A DNA stretch of 63,967 nt, filler included, from Octopus bimaculoides (taxonomy: Eukaryota): NCBI RefSeq assembly GCF_001194135.2. It is 6 parts of 5 records of this genome, joined end to end, with 100 filler letters (N's around TTAATTAATTAA, not from the genome) between each part and the next. Parts side by side here need not be neighbours in the genome. Positions count along the whole stretch, not along the records: positions 24,783 to 47,486 come from NC_068981.1; 5 more parts are not named here. One strand, written 5' to 3'. Shown in pieces: positions 25,034 through 37,385 of the stretch. The number at the start of each line of letters is the position of its first letter. The first letter of the stretch is position 1. Made by a program: the position numbers and the translations under genes. Under the pieces are notes generated by a model. That model was given only the letters and a program-made list of their open reading frames with translations, did not search any database and was not told the DNA's origin.

Positions 25034-25141
25034 GTATTATCTGCGGCGTTACATATTCTACAATTGGAACAATACAGAGAAGATTAATATGACCCTTTCG
25101 CAAGGATGATACTCAAATTCGTGAAGCGTTCTATATTTTTT
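25034..25141 (+). pseudogene. U6: U6 snRNA pseudogene, copy 1
   Basis: Full-length alignment to U6 with ACAGAGA intact, but the AGC triad is mutated (TTAATAT), with many substitutions; T-run terminator. Confidence 0.85.
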
Positions 25142-26348
25142 CCTTTTTTTTTCTGTCGACATGCCATTTAGTTATTCCTATCGTCTTTTTTACCTCCCCT
25201 ACAGAAGCCATTCACATTTCGCAGTTTTTCGGAATTTGAACTGAATTCGTGTTTTCTTATGACGACTGGGGCATTGAATGGACACTTAACACCTTAGAAT
25301 TTTATTTCATTGTAAAATTCTTCGGATTGTTTACCTTGAAGTCCGACGACCCTACTTTTACCAGAAAAAAAGTCTTACTAAATTACATTTCAAAACCTCA
25401 GATATACTTATCCACCATCTAAATTTTTCAATCTTTCTACATTTTTGCACCACTTGGAAGAATGAGTACATTAAGACCTTTTTTTTTCTTTTTTTTTTTT
25501 TCAGTATTTTAATTTTGGAAAATATTATCTCTTCAGCTTCCTTTCGGAATATCCAATCCGCTTTGAACTCAAAATTTCCTGAAGTTCAAAAATCCGTCCG
25601 CCCATTTGCTCATGTGACAGGAGGGCGGGCTTAATGTGGTCATTCAGAATTTCAGAAACAAAAGTTAATTCTCCTTCAGACAACACATTTCTAACATTTT
25701 ACAATATATTCCATAAGGCATTCTTTCGATTTGTGATCACAAAATGGAAGTGAAAATATTGACACTATTAGGTGAATTCTTATATTTTCAACAATGATAC
25801 AACGATAAGAAATTTGTTGTATTGTTGCTCAATTGCTGGGATGGTTTAGGAGTCTTTTTTCAAAGGCATTCAATGAAACGGGTATATATATGTTCCAGTT
25901 ATCCTACACTACATTATCGAATAGTGTCCTTTGCTAAAGACACTTTGTTGAGATAGAAGTGAGATATTGTAATTATTTCCTACATGTGAAGAATTACATA
26001 GGCACTTAGTCGTTCGCTTTTTTCATGATACGTACACAATGATATTAGTTTTGACAACTTATGAAAATCTGGCCTTGTGACGAATTTGTTTCATCACTGG
26101 TTTTTTTCTAAAAATTATGTAAGTAGACTTCGATAAATAGACATTTGCATGCAAAATATGAGTTTCTGTATTTTAAAACAAGTAGATATGCCAATGACAA
26201 TCTTAACTCGTAATGAATAATGCCATAAACACATTTCAGAATTTACTGTCCCATGATAATTATAACAAATATGCAAATTAGCCAGCGTATTATGTTTAAC
26301 TGTACGAGATAGGGCATGTATATATTGTGCAGCTTAGTGGAAACCATT

Positions 26349-26416
26349 GTACTAGCTACGGCAATACATATTTCAAAATTGGAACAATACAGAGATTAGC
26401 ACGGCACGCAAGGATG
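26349..26416 (+). pseudogene. U6: U6 snRNA pseudogene, copy 2 (internal deletions, 3' truncated)
   Basis: GTACTAGCTACGGCAATACATATTTCAAAATTGGAACAATACAGAGATTAGCACGGCACGCAAGGATG. Confidence 0.8.
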
Positions 26417-26724
26417 TGGTTTTCCAAAAAAAAATTTTAATAAATCGATCGAGCTAAATATACATTTGCGCACAAAATATACGATTTTTAAACATTTTAA
26501 CGTAAACAGATATGGTAAGGACAATCGTAACTAGGAATGAAAAATATGATAAACACCTTCTAGAATTTACTATATCATTAATACAAATATGCAAATGAGA
26601 CAGCCTATTATGGTCATGTGTACGAGAATTTACTATATCATTATTATCATTACAAATATGCAAATGAGGCAGCCTATTATGGTTATGTGTACGAGACAGG
26701 GCATATATATATTGTGAAGCTCTT

Positions 26725-26831
26725 GTACAAGCTACGGTGGTACATATTCTAAAATTGGAACGATGCAGAGAAGATTAGCATGGTCCCTGCGCAAGGATGA
26801 CACGCAAATTCGTGAAGCGTTCCATATTTTT
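26725..26831 (+). ncRNA. U6: U6 snRNA, copy 3, full-length (107 nt) variant
   Basis: ...AAAATTGGAACGATGCAGAGAAGATTAGCATGGTCCCTGCGCAAGGATGACACGCAAATTCGTGAAGCGTTCCATATTTTT. The 5' hairpin has a UACG loop. Whether it is functional is uncertain. Confidence 0.9.
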
Positions 26832-29559
26832 CTTACTGTTTCTACTGACATGGATATCCATTTTTTTCTTATTGTCATTCTTTTCTCTTCCACGAAATTT
26901 ATTCGTATCATCCGTAACGTTTAGAAATTTCATCTAAAACTATACAGTTCCAGTGAATATATACAGAAATTGGTGAACGCAAGCCATTCGTGAAGCGTTT
27001 CCTATCTTCTTTCTTACGTCTTCTACGAAAACAGAAGACATTCCCATTTTATAATGTTTAGGAATTTCAACGAAATGTATATATTCTTAGTAAATGAATT
27101 GGAACGACGGCCGAGGTATCGAATTGGCACTCAACGCTTTAGATTTTTTTCTTTTTTATTGTAAAATTCTTCGGATTCGTTTAACTTCAAGTGCGGCGAT
27201 CCCACTTTTGCCAAATGAAGAAAAGTTAATAAGTAAATCAACTTTTCATAACATCGAATTTACTTATCCTTCAGCTAAATTTTTTAATCTTTCTATATTT
27301 TTACACCACTTTTGAAAATACATAAATTACATTTGTTTGTTTTGTTTTTTTTAATTATTCATTTATTTTTTCTTTAACATTTCAATTTTGGAAAATATTA
27401 CCCTTCCTCTGCTTCCTTTTGGAATAACCAACTCAGATATTCCAAAAGTTTTAAAACTCTTCCATGCGTGGATATCTGTTAAGACGACAGGCGGGCTTAA
27501 TGTGGTCATTTGCCATACTAGAAACAACTCTCCTTCAAACCACACATTTCTAACATTTTACAAAACGAAGGATACATTTGACAATATATAGTCCGAGAGA
27601 CAATCTTTCGATTTGTGATTATAAAATGGAAGTGAAAATATCAGACGATGACCAATCGGTCGTGTTGAATAGACAACCCCTCCCGATCCATCTTTTTTTT
27701 TTTGTCTTTTCCCATCACTTTCAGATAATGCCGCCGGAACCACAACTGAAGGGATATTAACCCTATGTAGCCCCTCACATGTTGGAAGTAACTACAATAT
27801 CTTGCTTTTTTTTTTATCTCAACAAGAATACATGCGATACTGTAGAATGTACAATTACTGAAACATATACATTCGTTTCATTGACTGAACGCTTTTCAAA
27901 AAGTGTAACGATAAATACAAAAATTATGGAATTAGGCGTGTCATTCTTATGCAGTGGTAATGTCATCGTTGTATCATTCCAATTTTAGTATATGCACTGC
28001 CGAAGCTTGTACAATTGATTCGTGCAAGCAACACATTATGTATATAACTGATCACATATGGACAGTCTCTTTTAGGCTTGCTAATTTGCATGTTGAAAAC
28101 GCTTATGACGACAGTAAATCGTTGAACGCCTACATAACGGATTTAGTTACTAGACACGATTGTTACTTACTGTAGTAGAGGTTGGAGGTTTACATCCCAT
28201 ATCACTGAAGCATCGGGTAATGCTAAGGAGGGTATTTCACTGTGCCACTAATGCCATGGTTTGGGGATGTCTCAAATATTTAAAAAAAAGAACACTAGTC
28301 TTCTCTGGCGCAATGTATAGCTGAGAGTGTAACGCCTCTTCTATTTATTTGCCGATATTTTTCGCTGTTTCTTATTGTTTTACTTTTATATATGAAAGTA
28401 ATATATAAAAGAAAGCCGCTTATTAATTGGAAGTATGCAACTTTTACTAACCGAAAGCAATTATTAAAGTTTGTGAAATTCTGATTTTAATACATTTTTA
28501 TCAAAATGTGGTTTTTCAAGTTTGTTTTATTATTGATGATTTCAACTACAGAATGTTAATTTTAATTCACTGCAAGATGGTTAGAAGTTCTCTCTCTAAC
28601 TACTTTCAAGAAACCTCTCAATAAAAACTTCTCCAAATTATAAGTTTAATCTAGCATCAGTGAAATTATGTTGATTCCATTATCCTATCATATTTGTTGT
28701 GAGATTTTGAGGAAATAGAAAGCTACAGAAGAAAGTGACTTTCATTTACGTCGTCTCCATTTTCTTTCATACTATCATCATCACCAACATTGCTTCCTTA
28801 TAACTTTCAGAAAAATGGGTACTTTATAATGACATTTTTCTATAAATACATTTCAGATAGTGAAGATTACAATTATATCAGAATGTTGTGAATTTTTGTT
28901 TTCACAAGGGTAATTCAGAGCAGTGTCCAGACAATTCACATGCCTCGACTTTGTTTCCCTGTAACTTCATATTTTCATCCCATTACAATTGTGTTGAAGA
29001 CTATTTCACTCTTTGCCCACTGGAATTTGTAAATGAAATTTCTCAGGGATATCAATATAATTTGAAAGACATTAGGTATTTAGGTCTTGAGTGGATGATG
29101 TGTGTGTATACAAAAGATTAAGGACATGTGTAGTATCACTTTGGTTAAATAATTGTGCATCTTAGACGTAGGTCACAAGTGAAGATGATGTAGGGTGGAG
29201 AGGACACATTTTAGTCTTGAGAACATGACAACCTCACAATTGCAGGTACATCTGACCTCAATTAGCACTCATCTGGAATAACACAGTACACTCATCATGA
29301 ACCACGTTATGCTCATGAATTGATCTGTGATTCTTGTCTAGACCACAAAAGCACAACCCAGAAACTGACAGTCCACAATGCTTAGGACAACTTGGGATCT
29401 TGAAACAAAACCTATTCCCCATGTTCTATTGTTCATTTACCACTGATTCATTTAACAGTCTTTTTAAACTAAAATATCAGTGGACGATGTCAGTGTTGCA
29501 TGTCCGGCCCATTTAAAAGTACTTTGATGCATCTGGCGATATGATATGCTTGAGAAGAC

Positions 29560-29900
29560 CTATTGAGTCAAGTAAAACCAATATCATAGCTGTGGCCAAT
29601 GCCAGTGGGACATAAAATGCACCATCCAAACGTGGTCGATGCCAGTGCCCTCTGACTGCCTCCTCTGCTGGTGACATAAAAAGCACTATCCAAACGTAAA
29701 TGATACTGGGGATGCCTGACTGGCTCCTGTGCCAGTGGCACCTAAAAAGCACCCACTACACTCTCAGAGTGGTTGGCGTTAGGAAGGGCATCCAACTGTA
29801 GAAACATTGCCAGATCAGATTGGAACCTGATGCAGCCTTCTGGCTTTCCAGACCTCAGTCAAACTGTCCAACTCATGCTAGCATGGAAAACAGAAATTAG
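29560..29900 (+). mobile_element. SINE family D (AGGAAGGGCATCCAGCTGTAGAAAC core, (ATG)n tail)
   Basis: Recurrent motif, with further copies at about 30820-30910, 31555-31630, 31810-32030, 34075-34270(-), 39950-40150(-), 42200-42300(-), 44900-45090, 46590-46760(-), 46940-47090, 47210-47486(-). Confidence 0.75.
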
Positions 29901-30190
29901 ATTAAACGAGGACAGATGTATCAAAAATAAGATGCACCCAGTACTCTCTACAAAGTGGGTGGAAGAGCATCCAGCTACAGTGACCGAATCAAAGTATGAG
30001 GTGTGATCCCCTGACCCATCCATGAAAGTAGTGGTTCCAAATAATAAATGATTTAGACTATCTGTCCAATCCATGGATGTGGATATAAAGCAATAACCTG
30101 TCCATCCATTGAAAGTAAACACAAGGCAACAATGACGAGTATAATGAGTGTAAAAATTTAGAAGAGAACAAAATGGCAGTGAAGGTAGAG

Positions 30191-30196
30191 TTTATT
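30191..30196 (-). terminator. Candidate UBA2 polyadenylation signal AATAAA
   Basis: TTTATT on the plus strand, about 50 nt downstream of the UBA2 stop codon. Confidence 0.4.
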
Positions 30197-30248
30197 GAAC
30201 AACTCCCCATGACTGATGACATGATATAAAATTTTACTGGAATGGTGA

Positions 30249-30442
30249 TTACAAAACTATTATTTCAGAATCAATGCTGCACTCTCCATCAGGTTCCTGT
30301 TTTGATTTTTTGTTTTTAGAATACATTTCTGAACTCTGATCAGAGATCTTCCTCTTTCTCTTTAGTGGACTCAGATCCATAGCTTCAGATTGTTCCTCTT
30401 CCATGATGATTAAATCATCATTATAGTCAGCAACAGGCAATT
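30249..30442 (-). CDS. UBA2: UBA2 last coding exon (acidic SIM-like DDLIIMEEE, bipartite NLS KRKRK...KKSK, terminal EIIVL*)
   Basis: Acceptor ttttctctag, phase-compatible with the exon at 32745; TAA at 30249-30251; layout parallels the human UBA2 tail. Confidence 0.8.
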
Positions 30443-32744
30443 CTAGAGAAAAATAGCAGAGCAGAGACAATTTATATAAAATTTCAAAACATTACTAAAA
30501 TTAACTTTAGACAACATTAATACAATATGTACAGGCATAGCTGTGTGGTTAACAGGTTTGCTTCCTAACCACATGATTTTGAGTTCAGTCCTACTGTGTA
30601 GCACTTTGGGCAAACACCCAGGTCAACTAAAGCCTTGTGAATGGATTTGGCAGATGGGAACTGAAAGAAGCCTGTTGCATATATTTTCTTTTCTTTTCAA
30701 TTAGCATCCATGTTCCATGCTAGCATGTATATATATGTGAATGTGTGAATATTTGTCTCCTTGTCTTGACATTACATGATTGTCGTAAATGAATGCTATT
30801 TATTTCCAATATTCAGAAACGAGGGTTGGAGACAGGAAGGGCATCCAGCTGTAGAAAATCTGCCCCATGCAAGCATGGAAAGGTTGATGTTAAAACAATG
30901 ATGGTGATAAATTAGGCTATGTATTTTTTTGGACAAAAAGAGTAGCCAATATGTGCATAAAATAAATGTGAAAAATCTGTTGCTATATATGCATAGTAAC
31001 TAAACATATCTTAATCATCCTTTGTTGACTTGCAGACTTTTCAAACACTGCTGGTTTTCTTCCTCCACTTAAACATTTTGGTCTCTGTACCAATAAGGTC
31101 ATCTGATTTCTGCCTTAACACTTTGATCTCTTTCTACATAAACATATCACACAACTTGTATTCTATGAAGCCCATGGTGTTTTAAATCACCTAGGTATAT
31201 GAAACAACCAATTTTATCCCCTTCTTTTAAACCATCTTTTTCAACTCTCACTTACACACACATACACACTGCAAGCATAGCCACTTGGCTAAAGAGTCTG
31301 CTTAACAATTAGGTTTCGGGGTTGATCTTGCTGCATTGCACAGTGGGTAGGCATTTTCTGCTATATCTTCAAGCTTAGCAGTACCTTGTGAATGGAATTG
31401 GTAGATCAAAACAAACAGTTTACAGGCTGGGAAAAACAATGTCAATTTATAGACAGTGTTATTGTATGTATCTGTGGCAAACACACGCCCAGCTGTTGAG
31501 TGTTTTGTTGCTCTAAAGAACAGGGGAAATAGTATCTTAAAGGGAAACGAGAGATAACAACTGGAAGGGCATCCAGCCATAGAAAAATTATCTCCACAAG
31601 TTTCATCTAATGCATGATAGCATGGAAAAAACATATTTAACCCTTCTGTTACCATATTTCTGTTGAAATATAGTTATTCCTTCAAATACTTTTGAAAATA
31701 ACAAAGAAATTAAAATAACAATCCATTTTCAATGTAATCATCTTTTTTAAAAAATATTTTCATGTATTTTATAAGTAAAATCACTGCCATCCATACATAC
31801 AGGCTTATCCTTTACAGGTGCCAGTGCCACATAAAATGCATTTGTGCCAGTGCTGCATAAATGCACCCATGCTGCTGGCACGTAAAAAGCACCCAGCATA
31901 CTCTGTAAAGTGGCTGGCATTAGGAAGAGCATCCAGATGTAGAAACCATGTCACAACAGACAATTGGAGTTTGGACAGCTCCATGTCAAACCCTCCAACC
32001 CATGCCAGCAGGGAAAACGGATGTCAAACGATATATTTTATTCAAAAACCTATTTCTCTTAGGTAAGGGGGGAGGGACTCCAGTAACTTAGTGGATTTTT
32101 GCAAGGTTTCACCCTGCATAGATTCCCTCCATCAACATATACACTAAACAAACCACCTACAAAGGTAGCAATTTTTGCAGAATTTTAGAAAGCTCCAACT
32201 CTGCTATGAATTTGGTAACTCAAGGCATCAGACTTTACTAATTCCAAAGTAAACCAATACAAAAGTTTTGAGAGGAATCTTTAGTCTTACCAAAAGCACA
32301 GCAACTTCTCTCATGCTAGTACCATGATAAAATATCCACAGTACACACTGTTAAATGGTTAGTGTTAGAAAGGACATCCATCTGTAGAACCTGCACTGAA
32401 ACTGTGACACCTGAGTGAGATAGTGCCCCAGCTCTAAGAAGGCAGCAAATTCAAAAAGAACTGGTTCAGATTTTGTCAAAATCATTACCCATGCCCTAGC
32501 CATATCCTTGGTTGACTCACTGATTTTTCAAACACTAACTCAGTCAATACTTAAACATTATGATCTCTACACTACAAAGATCATTTCATCGACCACCTCC
32601 CTTCAACTCTTCATACTTATATACCACATAAAAAAAATCCATATTTAGACAGCCTTATTGTCGGTCACATTTGAAGACTAGAATCTCCTACAAATACAGA
32701 TAAACTGATACACATGTAGTTTTTGACGTAAAAAGAAATCCCAC

Positions 32745-32866
32745 CTGATTTTGATGTGGATGGCACTGGTGACAAGCTGCTGCTACTTGCTTTATTCTCC
32801 TGCTGACTTTTTAAGGCCTCTGCATCACCAGAGACCAGAAATTCAACATTGTCTTCCAATTTTTCT
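32745..32866 (-). CDS. UBA2: UBA2 exon (EKLEDNVEFLVSGDA...PSTSKS)
   Basis: AG/GT bounded, 122 bp; similar to human EDLGKDVEFEVVGDA...PSTST. Confidence 0.85.
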
Positions 32867-33132
32867 CTGAAAATAATAAAACAAGATTTTAATTGTAAAG
32901 AACTATTCATTAACATTCAGGCAGATTCAAATATGAACATGCTAATCGCTGTTGTATTTCATCATTGGAGAACATCTTCTTTCAGATGAATGTGTGTTTA
33001 TAATACACTATTCATCAGGGTAAGGGAACATTGGGAGACACAAGGGCAAAACTCCCTAACCCTAATGAATTGAGTGTGTTATGAATATACATTTGTTTCA
33101 AAGAAGTTGTTCTCTAATGGACAACTATAACT

Positions 33133-33450
33133 GGCACTCCGTCAGTTACAACAAGGGCTCCAGTTGATCCAATCAACGGAACAGCCTGCTCATGAAATTA
33201 ACATGCAAGTGGCTGAGCACTCCATAGACATGCATACCCTTAATGTAGTTCTCAGGGAGATTCAACATGACCCAGAATGTGATAAGGTTGGCCCTTTGAA
33301 ATACAGGTACTACTCATTTTTGCCAGCTGAGTGGTGGACTAGAGTAATGTGAAATAAAGTGTCTGGCTCAAGGACACAGCGCACCACCAGGAATCGAACT
33401 CACGACCATACGATTGTGAGCTGATTACCCTAACGACTAAGCTGCATGCC
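33133..33450 (-). mobile_element. SINE family A-related copy
   Basis: Shares the GGCACTCCGTC...GATCCAATCAACGGAACAGCCTGCTCATGAAATTAAC tail; similar copy at about 54300-54628(-). Confidence 0.75.
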
Positions 33451-34371
33451 TTTACATAACAGCAATTAGCATATTCATGCTGTTCATTATGCACATGATG
33501 ATTTATTAGATGTTAATTGTTTTATAATAAAGCCTTGAGTCTCTCACTCCAGGTCATTCTTGCTTCTGTTGTAAATGTTTCACAATTTATACACTAATTA
33601 TTTACTTCATAAGAGCATTGCAAAAGACATCTAGATAGAGAAATTCAATTTCTTTGTTAAGGTAATGGTCAAATCTGAGAATTAAGAATTAATAAGTGGA
33701 GTCTGTAGGTAACATGTAAAGTGAAGATGTGTAATTAACAGACTGGTTTATAAGAGAATCAACAAGCATGTTATTCTTGTGAAAGAATGTCACAAACACC
33801 AAATCAACAATTGCTTATCATAATCTGCTGTGATCAGACAATGTTTACATAGAATTTAAAGGAAGGGGATTGATTTAGATGTGTGTCAAAGAATATGATA
33901 TCAATGCTTTAATAATAATATAACTGATGCAAAAGTGAAGTAGATCTAAGGTTTTGATGCAGAATCTATTTAAGTTCAATGAATTTGTTAATGCTAACGA
34001 TGTAAACTATTGAAATATAGAATAGATAAAGGAAAAAATTTTAGCATGAACACTTTAGTAATTTGATGTTATCATCATCATCATTTAATGCCCGTTGTCC
34101 ATGCTGGCATGGGTTGGATGGTTTGACCAAGGTTGGTAAGCTGAGGAGCTGCACCAGACTCCAGTATGATTTGGCATAGTTTCTACAGTTGGATGCCCTT
34201 CCTAATGCCAACCACTCAAAGAGTGTAATAGGTGCTTTTATGTGCCACCAGTATGGGTGCCAGCTGCATGATGAAAAGTATCTTAAATATGAACATAAAA
34301 AATTTATCTGAAACAGATGCTAGATCTAGAGATACAAACTAAGAGTTTAAAGTTAAATATTCAATACTCAC

Positions 34372-34477
34372 ACATGTTGGATTGTTATGACAAGATTGTA
34401 ATTTTGGAGAAAATCATCACACTTTAAGCGAGTTCCATTTCCTATATTGAAATCACTCAGCATTTTCTCATTATTTT
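34372..34477 (-). CDS. UBA2: UBA2 exon (NNEKMLSDFNIGNGTRLKCDDFLQNYNLVITIQH)
   Basis: AG/GT bounded, 106 bp; matches human NNHKKLSEFGIRNGSRLQADDFLQDY. Confidence 0.95.
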
Positions 34478-36201
34478 CTAACAAAACAGAATTAAAATAC
34501 AACTTCAGAAAAGATATCATCATAAATATACAAGTACAATTAAATAACACAAATAGCAAGGCATCAGTAAAAAGTGGAGCCTAAAAACAAATTATAAAAA
34601 CACTCCCGATTAACACACACTGTATTGTTGGTACTCTTAGATTTTGTAATAAGGAAGTTTGAATTCGGCACAAGATTACAATGTTAGGTAGAGAGGGTTT
34701 ACCCTATTTTAACGCATATAAGGAAACTGCTAATTTTTTGGGTTTAAAATTTGGGAAAAAGTTTTTGTAAGGGATTATAATACTATCCCTGTATAAGAAA
34801 CTTGCATACTTTTTTAACCTAATTTTTGACAAAAATGGATTCCTTATACATGTAAAAATACGGTAATTGATGTAACTGACTCCAATACTTGAGTGATAAT
34901 TATTTTATTAACTAGTAAGCACCTCCTCTAAAAAGAAAACCTTTGGATGAATTGGCAAAGTAGAATTCATGAACATTTAAATTACTCCTTTACTCATTTG
35001 TTTCAGTCATTTGACTGCGGCCATGCTGGAGCACCGCCTTTAGTCAAACAAATCGACCCCAGGACTTATTCTTTGTAAGCCTAGTGCTTTTTCCATTGGT
35101 CTTTTTTGCCGAACTGCTAAGTTACGGAGACATAACCACACCAGCATTGGTTAACAAGTGATGGTGGGGGGACAAAAACATACACACACACACACACACA
35201 ATGGACTTCTTTCAGTTTCCGCCTACTCAAGGGTTTGGTCAGCCCGAGACTATAGTAGAAGACACTTGCCCAAGGTGCCACGTAGTGGGACTGAACCCAG
35301 AACCATGTGGTTGATAAGCAAGCTACTTACTACACAGCCACTCCTGTGCCTATTCTGAATTTTAAAAAAATGCAATTAAGAACCAGACACTTAGTGAGGA
35401 ACATCACAATACCAGTTTCATGGTTTCTCTACTACAACAAAGAGAGAAACATCAATTTCTTATACTGGCACCAGGCCAGATTTCTAAATGAATCAGCTGA
35501 CAGGTACTAATTTTACTGAACCTGAAAGAGAAATGAATGACACTGCATGACCCTGGTAGAATTTTGAAAATGTAAGTAAATTCCATGAGGATTTTTTTGA
35601 GGTCAATACTAGGGCAGCAAGCTGGCAGAATCATTAGCACACCGGGCGAAATACTTAGCTCAGATTCCACCAAGGTTGACTTTGCCTCCTTCATCCTTTC
35701 GGGGTCGATTAAATAAGTACCAGTTATACACTGAGGTCGATGTAATCAACTTAAGCCCTTTGTCTTTCCTTGTTTGTCCCCTCAGGTCACATTTCTCCCT
35801 CCTTCCATCCTACTAGTCTGAAAAGCCCTGTAAAGGTCCATAAGTATTGCCTTCCCTCCTGACAAAAAAATTAATTAATTAAAAGAAAAAGGAAATTTAT
35901 TCAACATATCCATCCACATTTTTTTTTGGTTGCAAATATCTTTCTCCAAATCATTTGTAATTTTACTTCTGTCAATCTACCGCCATTAAAACTAGTTTCT
36001 CCCACTTGAAACGATCTAGTTTTGTGAAGAGAGCCAAGAGAGGATCACTGAAGACTGTCATTAACAGAGAACTATTCTTCCCTCCTCCTCCTACTAACCA
36101 CAGCAGTGGTAGACAAACTCATAGAAAATTAAAACCAGCCATCTGTAAAATACAAACTCTGATTAATTCATGAGAGAGAGAGAGAGAGAGAGCTATGTTA
36201 C

Positions 36202-36240
36202 CTTCTGTTTCTCCTTCTTCACTTGTTATGATGATAGTCC
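36202..36240 (-). CDS. UBA2: UBA2 exon (GTIIITSEEGETE)
   Basis: 39 bp, ttttag / gtaac; matches human GTILISSEEGETE. Confidence 0.9.
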
Positions 36241-36539
36241 CTAAAACAATGAAATAATTAGAAATTACAATTCTATAACACAAAGCAATTCTACATCACT
36301 TTCAGGACTAAATTGTTATAATGAGACCGTAAAGTAGATGTATCATTCTGAAGTCAGAATAACATATCAACTCAAGAATTTTTTTCAAAATCACATAAGA
36401 ACATAATAAAATGAAATTAAGGAATTGATTTAAATGAAATTGTGGAAACAGTCAGAGAATTTCCTATATCTGGAAGCTGTTTGATAAGAGGAGGACTGGG
36501 GATTTGATGGGAATACTGGGGTTGGAGGAGTTGGTGGAA

Positions 36540-36725
36540 TGGTTGGCAAGGGCGAATGGAGTGAGATGGTATGGGCATACATTGAGGAGGGATGAAGAGC
36601 ATGTTCTGAGGAGAGTGATTGCATTTGAGGTAAATGTGAGTGTGAAAGCAAGGTAGACAGAGGAAAAGGAGGAGGAGAATGGGAGGGTTGGTTTGAAAAA
36701 GGAGGACACCCTAAACCGTGTTGAT
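36540..36725 (+). mobile_element. RTE-clade LINE ORF2 C-terminal fragment
   Basis: Reads LARANGVRWYGHTLRRDEEHVLRRVIAFEV, typical of the RTE WxGH...R motif region. Confidence 0.7.
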
Positions 36726-37327
36726 TTCAATGTAAAACCGATTGATTTCAATGTAAAACAAATTCATTCATTTTAATAACTAAACAGATACCCATTTTAG
36801 CTTGGAAAAATACTGTTTTTCCAGGCTCACATGGAATAGATGGGAATTATTTAAGGCAGGATTTTACAGTTAGTTGTTCTTCCTGTAACTAACCCTTATA
36901 TGTATTACAGGAAATTTTTCTTTTATTCTACAGGTTTTTGAAATCACAGCTCGACTTGTCATGACAACACCATCACTGTATTGCTCAAACACTGACAAGC
37001 ACAGAATATCAACACATATGATGGGGCTTCTTTAGTTTCCATCTACCAAAATACACTCACAAGGTATTTATTGGCCCTGGATCTATAGTAGAAGACATTT
37101 ACCCAAAGTGCTGCACAATGAGACCAAACTACATAGAATATTATTTGCTGTAGTATGGCCAAAGGATCTGATTAAAGAAAAATCAGATTTTAGAGTAGAG
37201 GTCAAGTAGAGTAGTTTCCACCTGGAGGTATGCAGCTAAAGGTGCTGGTTGTTTAATTAGCAAACACATAATTATTGACTGTCAAATGGAAAGAGAGGAG
37301 GGAATTAAAACACTTTGAAAGTATTAC

Positions 37328-37385
37328 CTTTGCCATCATCAATTTCAACATCAGGTTCAACCATTCCTAAGTGGCCTTTAACAAT
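37328..37385 (-). CDS. UBA2: UBA2 exon (IVKGHLGMVEPDVEIDDGK)
   Basis: 58 bp, caatag / gtaat; matches human IVKEKFAMVAPDVQIEDGK. Confidence 0.92.

Noticed and set aside
28858-28910. Plus-strand AG/GT-bounded 53-nt exon candidate
   Set aside because: No partner exons or homology; expected by chance in AT-rich DNA.
31091-31133. Possible alternative UBA2 exon (ERDQSVKAEIR*) that would remove the NLS
   Set aside because: Poor polypyrimidine tract and no homology; the neighbouring exons already join in frame.
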